Origin: a virus
Taxonomy: Duplodnaviria; Caudoviricetes
Virus record (IMG/VR): IMGVR_UViG_3300013285_000003
Coordinates: 1 to 51,833 of that record
Strand: one strand, 5' to 3'
Length of the DNA: 51,833 nucleotides
Each line of letters begins with the position of its first letter. Position 1 is the first letter of the stretch. The notes under the pieces are model-generated. The model searched no databases. It was given only the letters and a program-made list of their open reading frames with translations, and was not told where the DNA came from. Position numbers and translations under genes: made by a program. Positions 26,031-35,165 of the stretch are shown here, piece after piece.

Positions 26031-28688
26031 TTAGGCCTGTGACTCTTGCCAGCTCAGACGAGCTAGAATTGTTGATGGAGTAACTGCGGTGTTAGTAGCA
26101 ACCACATACAGAATGTCTGGCCCGTCAGGGTACTGACCCGCATAACTTGTAGGTACGGTGTTTGTTAAACCACCGCCTAAAATTGCGTTACCAATACCCG
26201 CCACGGAGGTCAGATCCAAGGTCGTTTGACCCGAACTGTTTGTGAAAGCCGCTGCAATTGACTCGCCACCCGTAAAGGTTGCGGTCGTGGACGTTTGCGA
26301 AGCCACTTGAACAATAGAGCTTGTGACTGTATTGTTTTGAGTAGGCGATGTAAAAGAAGTCCAACTCGGTGAGCCGCCGTTAGTGTACCCATTCAGATTT
26401 AACTGAATCAGGAAAGCACCGGAAGTCACCACGCCCAACTCACGCAGTTGTAACTGCAAACGATTAATGACTTCTTTGTTTCCGAGCACACCCGTTTGAC
26501 CGTTATCAACCGAAGGGGCTACCCGAATTGCTAAGATAGGCACCGTAGCACCCGCAGGCACGCTCACCGCAGAAGTTGTACCAAAATTATAGATCAGCGA
26601 TACGTCCTGACTAAACCCACCGTCCATCACTACTGAAGAACCCCAGTGCGAGATGACCGCTACCGAGTCAGGCGGAGCGTACTCAACCGACACGGGTGGC
26701 GTAGCGTTTGTTGCAGGGAATGCAGCGGTGAACGCTGAGGCTGCACCACCGCCCGTTGCGCCACGAATGCAGCCTGTGAACTGATCGTATGCCAAGCCTG
26801 ATTGAGCCGCCGTAGTGATGCCTGAGTAGGTGATGTATTCAATTGCACCACCACTCGCCGCTGCGGTAACTTTAAGCGTACCTCCTGCAGGATTAAAGCC
26901 CACTGAGCTCACGACTGGAATCGTATTCACACCGCTCGTGATTGAGGCGTACAGATTAGTCACTGCTGCTTGACCGCTTGACTCGTAACGTGAAGGCAGG
27001 TTGCCCGAGCGCATGTAGGCTTGGTACTGAATGTTGTTGCTTTGAAAAGCATACATGTACGCAATAGCACCGCCTGTCGTGCGCAAACCGAAGCGTGCAA
27101 CACCCGCACCGTACCAAGAGTAGTCAATAAACCACATTTGGTTCTTGGTAAGGTCTAGCGTATAGCCCGATGATCCTGTGCCATCTAGCGGGTCAAACCA
27201 CTGCGACTGGGGCACTTTTAAATCAATTGTTTTTGAAACCAACGCATTTGCGATTGTCTGACCACGATACTCTGGACTGATAAATAGAGACGTATCACTT
27301 GCAATATTTAGCACACGATATGACTGACCACGGATCACAATGTAATCGCTCGGGGTCAGTTGATTCGTAAATACAGTGCCTGTGCCCGTAACCGTGCCGT
27401 TACCTTGTGTGACCGAAACTGTTCCACTCAATTGATTAACCGAGTTACGCAACACGGCATATAAGGTCTGTCCATCAAACTGGAAGAACAGCCCGTTTTG
27501 TGCGTCAAAGAAACCGAGCTTGTTGCTTGAGCCGTACCACGCATATGGACTTACGCTCACAGGTAGCCCAGTGCTAGTTAAGGCAGGGCTTGCGCTAGGA
27601 ATAATTCCGTTTGCGGCAACATACGTTAATGACGTGGCGGTTGGAACAGAGGCAACTTTAAAAATACCGTTGTAGGCTGCGACTGAGGCCGTTGTAACTT
27701 GAATGAAAGAATTGACCGTCATGTTGTGCGCCCAGCGGGTCGTCACAGTCACGGTCGTATTTGAGCCGTTGTTGGTCACCGAGGTCACAAACAAACGTGG
27801 CTTCATGATCGAACCAGTCGAAAATTGAATGCCTTTCCCGGATTGGTAGCGGAAGTAGCGACGGGTCTGGCGCATCATCTGCTGATTCGGTACCGAAGCA
27901 CCCGCCGTGAAATTAACCGAGCCGTCATAAGCCCGTGTCTCAACATAACCCGAGGGGCGTGCGTAGACGTTTACCTGAGCGCTGGCTGAAGTGGTGACCG
28001 TGCCAGAAGCCCCCGTAGAAGCGATCGTGAATTGCGTTGCCGTTGGTACGGTAGCAACTACCCAAGCACCGTTGACCCCTGTTCCACCCGTTGTGCCAAC
28101 GATATAGACCAGTGAGCCTTGCGACAACCCATGCGAATATAAAGTGTTAACCGTAATCGCAGTACCACTAGTCACAATTGCTGTAGTGCTTGCAGTAGCA
28201 ACAGCAAAGCCTGCGTTGGTATAAAAATATCCTACATAAACGTAAGTAGCAGTAGCGTTGTATTGGTTACCAGTGGCGACCACGTTGGTGGTGACAATTG
28301 TAAAAGACGTACCACCAGTAGAGGCCGTGACGTACCACCAACCGTTTGCGTTGGTGTCTAGGCAGTCTTCTAAGAACACAGGAGTTCCAATAGCGACCGT
28401 GGCGGTTGTTGAAACTATTACCGTGGTCGTGCCGTTACCTGTAACGGCGGTAACAGGGATAGGTGCGTTTTGGTTATACCAGCAGGACTGACGGTTGTTT
28501 TCAAGGTCAAGCTGCTCCCACTTGCTCGGCTGCTGACCGTACTCAAAATCGGTATCAATCAGGGATTGGGGTTGTGAAATGCGCAGCTTATCAACAGGAT
28601 CGTAAGCGCCAGATCTTTGTGATGTTTGAATGCGTAATTGATTATCCGTATTGGAGGTCGGGCCAGTATAGGAGACGATTTGAGCCAT
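26031..28688 (-). CDS. Large beta-rich virion protein (head spike/fibre candidate)
   Basis: 885 aa; repeated HGL..G..V.I.G...NG.W.V..VPTAT.FT units, RQTRRYFRYQSGKG, IDYSWYGAG. Confidence 0.65.
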   Translation of the reverse strand: MAQIVSYTGPTSNTDNQLRIQTSQRSGAYDPVDKLRISQPQSLIDTDFEYGQQPSKWEQLDLENNRQSCWYNQNAPIPVTAVTGNGTTTVIVSTTATVAIGTPVFLEDCLDTNANGWWYVTASTGGTSFTIVTTNVVATGNQYNATATYVYVGYFYTNAGFAVATASTTAIVTSGTAITVNTLYSHGLSQGSLVYIVGTTGGTGVNGAWVVATVPTATQFTIASTGASGTVTTSASAQVNVYARPSGYVETRAYDGSVNFTAGASVPNQQMMRQTRRYFRYQSGKGIQFSTGSIMKPRLFVTSVTNNGSNTTVTVTTRWAHNMTVNSFIQVTTASVAAYNGIFKVASVPTATSLTYVAANGIIPSASPALTSTGLPVSVSPYAWYGSSNKLGFFDAQNGLFFQFDGQTLYAVLRNSVNQLSGTVSVTQGNGTVTGTGTVFTNQLTPSDYIVIRGQSYRVLNIASDTSLFISPEYRGQTIANALVSKTIDLKVPQSQWFDPLDGTGSSGYTLDLTKNQMWFIDYSWYGAGVARFGLRTTGGAIAYMYAFQSNNIQYQAYMRSGNLPSRYESSGQAAVTNLYASITSGVNTIPVVSSVGFNPAGGTLKVTAAASGGAIEYITYSGITTAAQSGLAYDQFTGCIRGATGGGAASAFTAAFPATNATPPVSVEYAPPDSVAVISHWGSSVVMDGGFSQDVSLIYNFGTTSAVSVPAGATVPILAIRVAPSVDNGQTGVLGNKEVINRLQLQLRELGVVTSGAFLIQLNLNGYTNGGSPSWTSFTSPTQNNTVTSSIVQVASQTSTTATFTGGESIAAAFTNSSGQTTLDLTSVAGIGNAILGGGLTNTVPTSYAGQYPDGPDILYVVATNTAVTPSTILARLSWQESQA

Positions 28689-28731
28689 TTTTAAACCTTT
28701 AGAGTAAAGCAGGGGCATCAGCCCCCACCTT

Positions 28732-30249
28732 TTACTTCTTCATTGAACCGCCACGACGGCGAGCAGGCACAACAGTGGTCGAAGCTTCACGCTCACGATC
28801 GCTGATAGCACCCACGCCTTTGCTGTTGATCTGTTGCATTGCACGACGCTCTGCATCCGATACAGCGCCTTGACCCATAAGTTTATCTTTCAAATAACCC
28901 ATGCCCTGCATTGCCTTGCGAGGCAAGTACATCAATGCATCATCAACACCCTTCGACATTGCAAGGTTGTCTGCCGTTTGACGAGCATAGTGATTGTCAT
29001 AATCACGATTTTGTTGATCCATAACAGCACGATCACGCTCGCTCATTACCCCACCATATTGTTTGCGTGCAACCCTACCGCCTTTCTTTTTCATCACTAA
29101 CTGTGGTTGACCTATACCTGCCATATTATTTTTATATTCAGGCGAAGCTAAGATGCTTTGACGAATAGTGTCGGCTGAAGCGCCACGGTTTGCTGCAATA
29201 CCAGTAGGATCAGGCGCACGACCTAACATACTTCCATAAAGAGAATTGATGTCTTCTCCACCTGCTTTTAACATAGGTGACACATCAAACTCGCTATAGT
29301 CAGGAGCAACGCCGTTATTTCTTGCATTTTCTAGCATGGTGTTCATGCGGTCAGCATTTGCTTGTCCTGCTGCTACATATGCCGGATCTTGATATTTTGG
29401 ATCTGCCATATTGGGCATATTATCAACAAATTGACCGCCCATTGCCTTATGAGCTACGCTGCCACCCTTTTTATAAGTGCCAGTTAACTCAGTAATGCGG
29501 ATTGGTTTAGCAGCAGGCTTTTGCTTCATTGCTACAGGAGCGCCTGAACTAACTTTTCCCCCCGTAGCAAAATGTTTTTTTGCGGAACCACCTTTCTTGT
29601 ACCCACCGCCGTTAGCCTTTGCTACGCCACCAGTTTTAAAGCCACCACCGTTACCGAGCTTTACGCCCTTGGTATTAGCAGATGAACGATCGCCTTTCTC
29701 GCCATCCACTACCTTGGTATTGCTAAATTCGCCACCTTGGTCTTGAGTCTTGATAATGCCACCGTCTTTGTAGCCACCTTGACCATCAACCACGCCCCCA
29801 GTATTCATCTTGCCGCCTTTCTTGAGCTTAAGTTCGGTGCCTTTACCGCCCTTGTGCTCCTGTGCGTCATGCTCTTTAAAGGCCTTCTTGATCATGGCCT
29901 TGTCTTGCGACATGTCGGCCTTCATCTCGGCTTTGGTCTCGGCCTTGCCGCCTTCCTTAGCCATCATTGCGCTAGGCATAGGCTTTTTAGCCATCATGGC
30001 TTGGCGACGGGCACCCATTGAGGGTTTGCCGGGCGAAGCCACTGGTGTGTTCATTGCAGGACGTCCCACCAAAGCAGGATTCATTGCAAGAGCGCCCATA
30101 GCACCGCCATCAGCCATCTTCTTGTGCCCAGCCTTGTCGATGCTATCCATCTTCATCTTCTTGTTGGACACATGACCACCTTTCTTGAGTTTCAAGATTA
30201 CTGAAGGCTCGGTGGTTTCCATCTTCACCATTGGTTTGAACTGTCCCAT
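28732..30249 (-). CDS. Basic low-complexity protein with ~15 xxxGG motifs and a DUF4214-like insert
   Basis: LKKGG, MADGG, AKEGG, YKDGG, FKTGG, YKKGG, FATGG and others; INSLYGSMLGRAPDPTG..ILASPEY. Confidence 0.8.
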   Translation of the reverse strand: MGQFKPMVKMETTEPSVILKLKKGGHVSNKKMKMDSIDKAGHKKMADGGAMGALAMNPALVGRPAMNTPVASPGKPSMGARRQAMMAKKPMPSAMMAKEGGKAETKAEMKADMSQDKAMIKKAFKEHDAQEHKGGKGTELKLKKGGKMNTGGVVDGQGGYKDGGIIKTQDQGGEFSNTKVVDGEKGDRSSANTKGVKLGNGGGFKTGGVAKANGGGYKKGGSAKKHFATGGKVSSGAPVAMKQKPAAKPIRITELTGTYKKGGSVAHKAMGGQFVDNMPNMADPKYQDPAYVAAGQANADRMNTMLENARNNGVAPDYSEFDVSPMLKAGGEDINSLYGSMLGRAPDPTGIAANRGASADTIRQSILASPEYKNNMAGIGQPQLVMKKKGGRVARKQYGGVMSERDRAVMDQQNRDYDNHYARQTADNLAMSKGVDDALMYLPRKAMQGMGYLKDKLMGQGAVSDAERRAMQQINSKGVGAISDREREASTTVVPARRRGGSMKK

Positions 30250-30262
30250 GTCAATCTCCTAA

Positions 30263-31234
30263 TTAGGCTTGAGTGACGCCAAGGGCGCCAGTACGGGTTG
30301 CGTTCGGGCCGATTGCAATTGCTGGCAGCATCAAACCGACAACAAGACGCTTGATGCCATCAGGGGCACTCGATGGACTGAATGTTCCACGAACGTCACC
30401 AGTGGTGGTAGTTGCCGTAGTTGTAACAGCAGCAGCGAACGTACCAGAATCAATTGCGAAACCGTTGTTCCAACCAACGTGGCAGATGTAGGCGCCATCA
30501 GTAACACGAATTGGAAAACCAAACAATTGAGTAGTTCCAACCGTTACTGCGGTAACTGAAGCGCCTGCACCAGAAATAGTGGTGATTTGATAAAACGCTT
30601 TTTTACCGTTTGTCGTAGCCGCCGCAACAGAAGTAATTACCTCGCTCATGGCCTGACCGTAGTAATCATAACCAGAGATTGTGTAAGCACGAGCTGTACC
30701 GCCAGTTACCAATGAAACCGATAAAACACGAGGGCAATCTAATTGAAATACAGCTACACCATCTGCACGAGTAAATGATTTAACACCTGCACCTGCAGTC
30801 AACGTCAAGTTACCTGCAGCAGCAGGTGTTTGCGTTGCAGCAATGTTTGAAGTCGAAGAGGTTTGTGGAACAATGTCAAAAACGTAAATACGACCTAACG
30901 GCCCGACGCCGACGTCCATTGGGGCAGGGTCGCCAAGCAATGCATTGCCTGAACCGTAGATTGTGATTGCGCCAGTCGCTGAAGACGATGCGCTGACCGT
31001 GTATGTACCCACGCCGCCTGTACCTGTACCGAATGCGGTGACGTATGAACCTGCAGTTACACCAGTGCCTGATACAAATTGACCAAGAACAATTGGATCA
31101 CCCGACAGCAATTGTGTGACCGTCATGGTGGTAGTAGTAATCGAACCTGCAACAGTGTTTGCAATAGCACTGGGCGCAATACCCATAAAGGTTTGCGCAG
31201 AGCCTAAAAATAGGTCGTCTGAAAATTGAGGCAT
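30263..31234 (-). CDS. Virion structural protein (capsid decoration-like)
   Basis: T/A/G-rich, follows the capsid gene; [29 protein letters not shown]. Confidence 0.65.
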   Translation of the reverse strand: MPQFSDDLFLGSAQTFMGIAPSAIANTVAGSITTTTMTVTQLLSGDPIVLGQFVSGTGVTAGSYVTAFGTGTGGVGTYTVSASSSATGAITIYGSGNALLGDPAPMDVGVGPLGRIYVFDIVPQTSSTSNIAATQTPAAAGNLTLTAGAGVKSFTRADGVAVFQLDCPRVLSVSLVTGGTARAYTISGYDYYGQAMSEVITSVAAATTNGKKAFYQITTISGAGASVTAVTVGTTQLFGFPIRVTDGAYICHVGWNNGFAIDSGTFAAAVTTTATTTTGDVRGTFSPSSAPDGIKRLVVGLMLPAIAIGPNATRTGALGVTQA

Positions 31235-31271
31235 TTTAAATCTCCTGTGGCTTGAACCACTCGGTGAGTAG

Positions 31272-31299
31272 AAAAAAGGGCGGATATTTCACCGCCCCC
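31272..31299 (-). terminator. Intrinsic terminator after the capsid gene
   Basis: GGGCGG-tgaaatat-CCGCCC-TTTTTT. Confidence 0.8.
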
Positions 31300-31309
31300 T
31301 TATTGGCGT

Positions 31310-32224
31310 TTACACGCCCGGTGTGCCGTACATCGCACGTGGATCCGTGAAACCAACCTGATAACGCTCTGTTGCTTTATAGCGCATCGAGTCGGTTTCA
31401 AAATCGCCTTCCATGGTCTTCTCAAGCTTACGACGCATCAAGAGCTTCATGCCCTCGGGTGCATCGGTCTGAACCCACCATGCTGTCGAGCTAGTCAGAC
31501 GGCTTAGAACAGCGGCACCCTCGTCCAGCAAGCCGATAGACTTAACTGGGTTGATGTCGTTGTTAGCTGTACCAGCACGCAACACAGACTTCAACAGAAC
31601 TTCGGCTTGGAAGATGTTGCCGGGAGCGACGACAATTTGACGTGGCACCAAGCGAATCTTTTTACCGTTGTTGTCCACCGCTTGGCGGATCTGAATAAGC
31701 ATCTGCTCTAGCGAGGTCTGTGAAAGGTTAGCAGCAGTAGTCAGCAAGTTGCTGAATGTGCCGTTAACGATTGGGTGAGCGTTAGAGCTTAACTGCACTC
31801 CATCGCCGCCGGGGTATGCGCTGTTAAACGCACGGTTGAGAATGTTAGCCGACAATGTCTCTTTCGTCTCAATGAGCGACTGAGCCAGATGACGTGCATA
31901 CACTTGACCGATACGGATGTGATCGCCGTCCTCAACCAGCACCTTGGTCAACGCAAAGGCTAAGCCATAGACGTTGTATACATAGCGCTGCAGAAAGAGC
32001 ACGCCGCCCTGTTGATACGACACAGGAGTGCCATCAGGAAGTTGTGGGGCTGCGCCAAAACCGTAAAGAACAGGTTCTTCATGGTAGTTGCGTGGAATGC
32101 CCTGTTCTTCACGGAACACTCGTGACCATTCGTCGGTTCGCTGGTCGTAGACACCGTCAAAACATTCATTAAGAATGGGTTCGACAATGCTACGAAAGTC
32201 GGTACTGCGCATTGGAGCTGCCAT
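31310..32224 (-). CDS. Major capsid protein (HK97 fold, Mu gpT-like)
   Basis: EEPVLYGFGAAP, YGLAFALTKVLVED, GGDGVQLSSNAHP, DFETDSMRYKATERY..GFTDPRAMYG. Confidence 0.9.
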   Translation of the reverse strand: MAAPMRSTDFRSIVEPILNECFDGVYDQRTDEWSRVFREEQGIPRNYHEEPVLYGFGAAPQLPDGTPVSYQQGGVLFLQRYVYNVYGLAFALTKVLVEDGDHIRIGQVYARHLAQSLIETKETLSANILNRAFNSAYPGGDGVQLSSNAHPIVNGTFSNLLTTAANLSQTSLEQMLIQIRQAVDNNGKKIRLVPRQIVVAPGNIFQAEVLLKSVLRAGTANNDINPVKSIGLLDEGAAVLSRLTSSTAWWVQTDAPEGMKLLMRRKLEKTMEGDFETDSMRYKATERYQVGFTDPRAMYGTPGV

Positions 32225-32237
32225 TTGTCATCTCCCT

Positions 32238-32825
32238 TTAGATAGCGTTAACGGTTGAAATGAACTGTGGCTTGCTGACCTGAACACGAACGATCACATA
32301 GGGGTCACCCCACGCATTGTCCGCATAAGGTGCGAGATCCACAATACGAAACTGTCCAGCGCTTCCTGATCCAACGAGTGATGCCGACAAAGTAGCTTGT
32401 GATAGACCAGTGGTAGTAGAGCCAGCAGAGAAGTTGCTCAAGTTCGCTTCGTTACCAATTGAAGTTTGAGCCATTGTTGCATCAGTCTGGATTTCATAAA
32501 CGATTTGTTGGTCGTTGTAGAAATAAGCAATGCAGCTACCTGCGATATAAGTAGTGCTTGCAGGCCAGTAGTTAGAGACACGACGACGTCCAGTTGTATC
32601 AGTCCACTCGCAACCTGCGAAGGCGCCAGAGACTAAACCGCTGTTGGTGGTTGTATCAAGGACTGGCAAAATGACGCCAGCGTTAGGGCTGTATTGAACA
32701 GCTTGACCTTTCAGGATAGCAGTTGCATAACCTGAAGTGATGCCGCCAGCGAGCGCCTGAGCACGATCCAAACCAGAAGGATGGAACGCAGGACGAAGGC
32801 CGAACGGAGCAGAAGTTGCACTCAT
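32238..32825 (-). CDS. Capsid-associated (cement/decoration) protein
   Basis: SAPFGLRP N-terminus, GAFAGCEWTD, VYEIQ, GSTTTGLS; directly before the capsid gene. Confidence 0.7.
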   Translation of the reverse strand: MSATSAPFGLRPAFHPSGLDRAQALAGGITSGYATAILKGQAVQYSPNAGVILPVLDTTTNSGLVSGAFAGCEWTDTTGRRRVSNYWPASTTYIAGSCIAYFYNDQQIVYEIQTDATMAQTSIGNEANLSNFSAGSTTTGLSQATLSASLVGSGSAGQFRIVDLAPYADNAWGDPYVIVRVQVSKPQFISTVNAI

Positions 32826-32851
32826 AAATAACTCCTAATTCGTTTAAAAAT

Positions 32852-33391
32852 CTACCCAGCAAATACTGGAGCAGATACGGGTTTGTCTATCTCGCCCAAT
32901 CCCTCGCCTTCTATGCGACCTAGACTACGTCCAGAACTATCACGCCCATGAACCTGCTCTGCTTGAAGGCGAATTTTGTTCGCTTCCTCCAGCGGAGCCT
33001 CATGATGAAAGTGCGCCATAACATCCTGATAAAGATCCATCGGGATTTTATAGAGCAACATTTCGTTGCACGCAATAAAACCAACATGCTCGCCAGCTTT
33101 AACTCGATGATTCTCAAACCCGGGATACTCATCCGCTTTCACGGGAACGTAACCAAGTCGCATCCTCTTATCAATACTGTCGTAACTATTAGTTGTCGAT
33201 AACCAGCAAAGGTGCCATCCCGGTGTCTCTGGGACGTTGGGCAATGCGCTTTGTGTCCACTCGTCTTTCCACATCTTGCGACGTTCATCAGCCGATACGA
33301 ACGAATCCTCTGGAGCGTCTCGAGTACGATCAAGACTTGAGCGGCTTTCACGCCCACCAGCAGATAATGATTTCTTTAAACGTGAGTCCAT
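32852..33391 (-). CDS. Conserved head-module protein
   Basis: LPNVPETPGWHLCWLS, RMRLGYVPVKADE, MLLYKIP. Confidence 0.7.
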   Translation of the reverse strand: MDSRLKKSLSAGGRESRSSLDRTRDAPEDSFVSADERRKMWKDEWTQSALPNVPETPGWHLCWLSTTNSYDSIDKRMRLGYVPVKADEYPGFENHRVKAGEHVGFIACNEMLLYKIPMDLYQDVMAHFHHEAPLEEANKIRLQAEQVHGRDSSGRSLGRIEGEGLGEIDKPVSAPVFAG

Positions 33392-33393
33392 TC

Positions 33394-34380
33394 TTAGCTC
33401 CTATTACCTTGGTTAAGGCGTGCCTCAGTGGCATACCGTTTAATCATGCGATTTTTCTTTACTGGGTCGTCCCACATGCCTGCATCTTTCATGGCTCTCA
33501 CCTGATCGGGTGATAGGGTGAAGGTATTTCGCCCTGCACTATTAGATGTTTCTCGACCTGTACTAGTAACCGCACTCCGAGGTCTTTGTCGCTGCTGAAT
33601 AGGTTCACTGTTTTCACTAGTATAGCGGTGAGGTAACAAATCTTGCAAGCGGTTGTCAAGTTCTTCCCAATACTCTCGTGTTTTGGGGTTAAAACCCTCT
33701 GACGCTAGTGCTTGATCTACCTCTAAAGCTAGTTTTGAGTCAGCATCTCGGTGAGCTGGGTCGTACCAAGGGGTCTTGGACATCCAGTTAGCCGCATAGC
33801 GTTGCGTAATAGCATCAGGCACAGGCTTTTGGGCTGGTGCAGGTGCTTCTTGCAGGCGTTCGGCATAACTCACCAATTGCTCACGATTATTTGTCGCTTC
33901 TCGCCACATTTCCTGAGCGCTGGTCATTAAATCACCATTGCCAGTCTCTGTAGCCTCTTTCATTTTCGATCGAGCGAAAGAAATGCGTGCCTCTTGGTCT
34001 TCAATTGCTTTTTTAATTTGGTGGTTGTCGTGGCCTTGCGTTTTGCGTTCAACAACGGACACTCGTTCACGCAATTCTTGGTTTTCACGCTGCAACATCT
34101 GCAGTCGAACGTCTTTCTCGGCCTGCACTTGTTTGTGATAGTCCTTGCGAGTGCGGCGTTTTAGGCGTTTTGCGTCTCGCAATGCTTCTGCATCAGGGTC
34201 AACTGAGCCATTAGCATCGATTTCCGCCTGTGCAGCGGCCTCATCGGCCTCATCGCTGTCATCATGCGCAGCAACTTGGGGTGAGGGTATGTCGTTGGGA
34301 AGACTGACAACGGCTGAACCGTCTGCAGCCTCTTCGATAGCCATAACTTCTTCGGCTTTTGGAGTGTTTTCAGTAGCCAT
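33394..34380 (-). CDS. Capsid scaffolding protein
   Basis: Acidic N-terminus, coiled coil, WMSKTPWY, EYWEELDNRL, TLSPDQVRAMK C-terminus. Confidence 0.75.
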   Translation of the reverse strand: MATENTPKAEEVMAIEEAADGSAVVSLPNDIPSPQVAAHDDSDEADEAAAQAEIDANGSVDPDAEALRDAKRLKRRTRKDYHKQVQAEKDVRLQMLQRENQELRERVSVVERKTQGHDNHQIKKAIEDQEARISFARSKMKEATETGNGDLMTSAQEMWREATNNREQLVSYAERLQEAPAPAQKPVPDAITQRYAANWMSKTPWYDPAHRDADSKLALEVDQALASEGFNPKTREYWEELDNRLQDLLPHRYTSENSEPIQQRQRPRSAVTSTGRETSNSAGRNTFTLSPDQVRAMKDAGMWDDPVKKNRMIKRYATEARLNQGNRS

Positions 34381-34805
34381 TAGATAAACGCCTTCATAGT
34401 TAAGGGATTACCAGTAACCTTTGCGATAATCTCGTGGTCGTTTAAGATCATAAACAGGGCTGGCTCGTCTTCACCGGCAATGCTCACCTCCCAACGGTCA
34501 CCGCCCCACTTAGGGACTCGCAAATAGTCTCCGATTTCGCACCATGAACCCTCAGGCCACGGCGCCATGGTATCTCGCTGTTTAAAGGCGAGGGGGCCAA
34601 TCGCAATAACCTTGGCTACCATGTTGTTCCATTTTTCGGTTTCTCGAGTTTCCTCGACCAAAATAATCCCCGCTTTAGTCGTCTTGTCCTTTGAGCGGCG
34701 CAATTGCACCAAAATTCGTGCTCCAAGGGGTGTCGCTTCGGGGTCTACAGCAGGAAATGCATCCCGCATATCAGCGGCGTAATCCGCTCCCGTTTCAACA
34801 GTCAT
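34380..34805 (-). CDS. GroES/Cpn10-like co-chaperonin
   Basis: PLGARILV, KTTKAGIILV mobile loop, AKVIAIGP, CEIGD, ILNDHEIIAKV. Confidence 0.9.
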   Translation of the reverse strand: MTVETGADYAADMRDAFPAVDPEATPLGARILVQLRRSKDKTTKAGIILVEETRETEKWNNMVAKVIAIGPLAFKQRDTMAPWPEGSWCEIGDYLRVPKWGGDRWEVSIAGEDEPALFMILNDHEIIAKVTGNPLTMKAFI

Positions 34806-34980
34806 CTTCGTCTTCCTTTAGTAAGTTGTTAAGTATGTCAAGAGACATCTGCAACCCTGAATACTCTCCGACTAGTCGTTGGTACGAGTTGAAGTCGCTC
34901 GCAGATCCATTGGCGAGGGACGCCGCTATATCCGCTTGTCTGACCGCTATCGCAGCAATGAAGTCAGAGACGTATTTCAT
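34795..34980 (-). CDS. Small head-module protein
   Basis: LANGSASDFNSYQRLVGEYSGL, coupled to GroES. Confidence 0.7.
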   Translation of the reverse strand: MKYVSDFIAAIAVRQADIAASLANGSASDFNSYQRLVGEYSGLQMSLDILNNLLKEDEDDC

Positions 34981-35156
34981 GCGTTACGTTTCTCAATGAC
35001 AACTTTAGTGGTGAAATTCCCGTGGTCAGAATTGGCCTTGGGCAAAGTCGCTGCTCCTTTCTCTTTGAGTTCACTGCCTGTTACCCATGCGCCAGCCGCC
35101 ATACGGGTATGCTGACGCACATTTTCTTGCTGAAGATCTTTGTCGTTTGTTGCCAT
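34977..35156 (-). CDS. Small protein (59 aa)
   Basis: AGGAG SD; MATNDKDLQQENVRQHTRMAAGAWV...; ATGA overlap. Confidence 0.6.
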   Translation of the reverse strand: MATNDKDLQQENVRQHTRMAAGAWVTGSELKEKGAATLPKANSDHGNFTTKVVIEKRNA

Positions 35157-35165
35157 GATTAACTC

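Noticed and set aside
28732-30249. KKGGS as mimicry of the ribosomal protein L27 N-terminus cleaved by Prp
   Set aside because: The similarity is only 4-5 residues, and Prp processing is known mainly from Firmicutes and a few related phyla, whereas the gene content here points to a proteobacterial host
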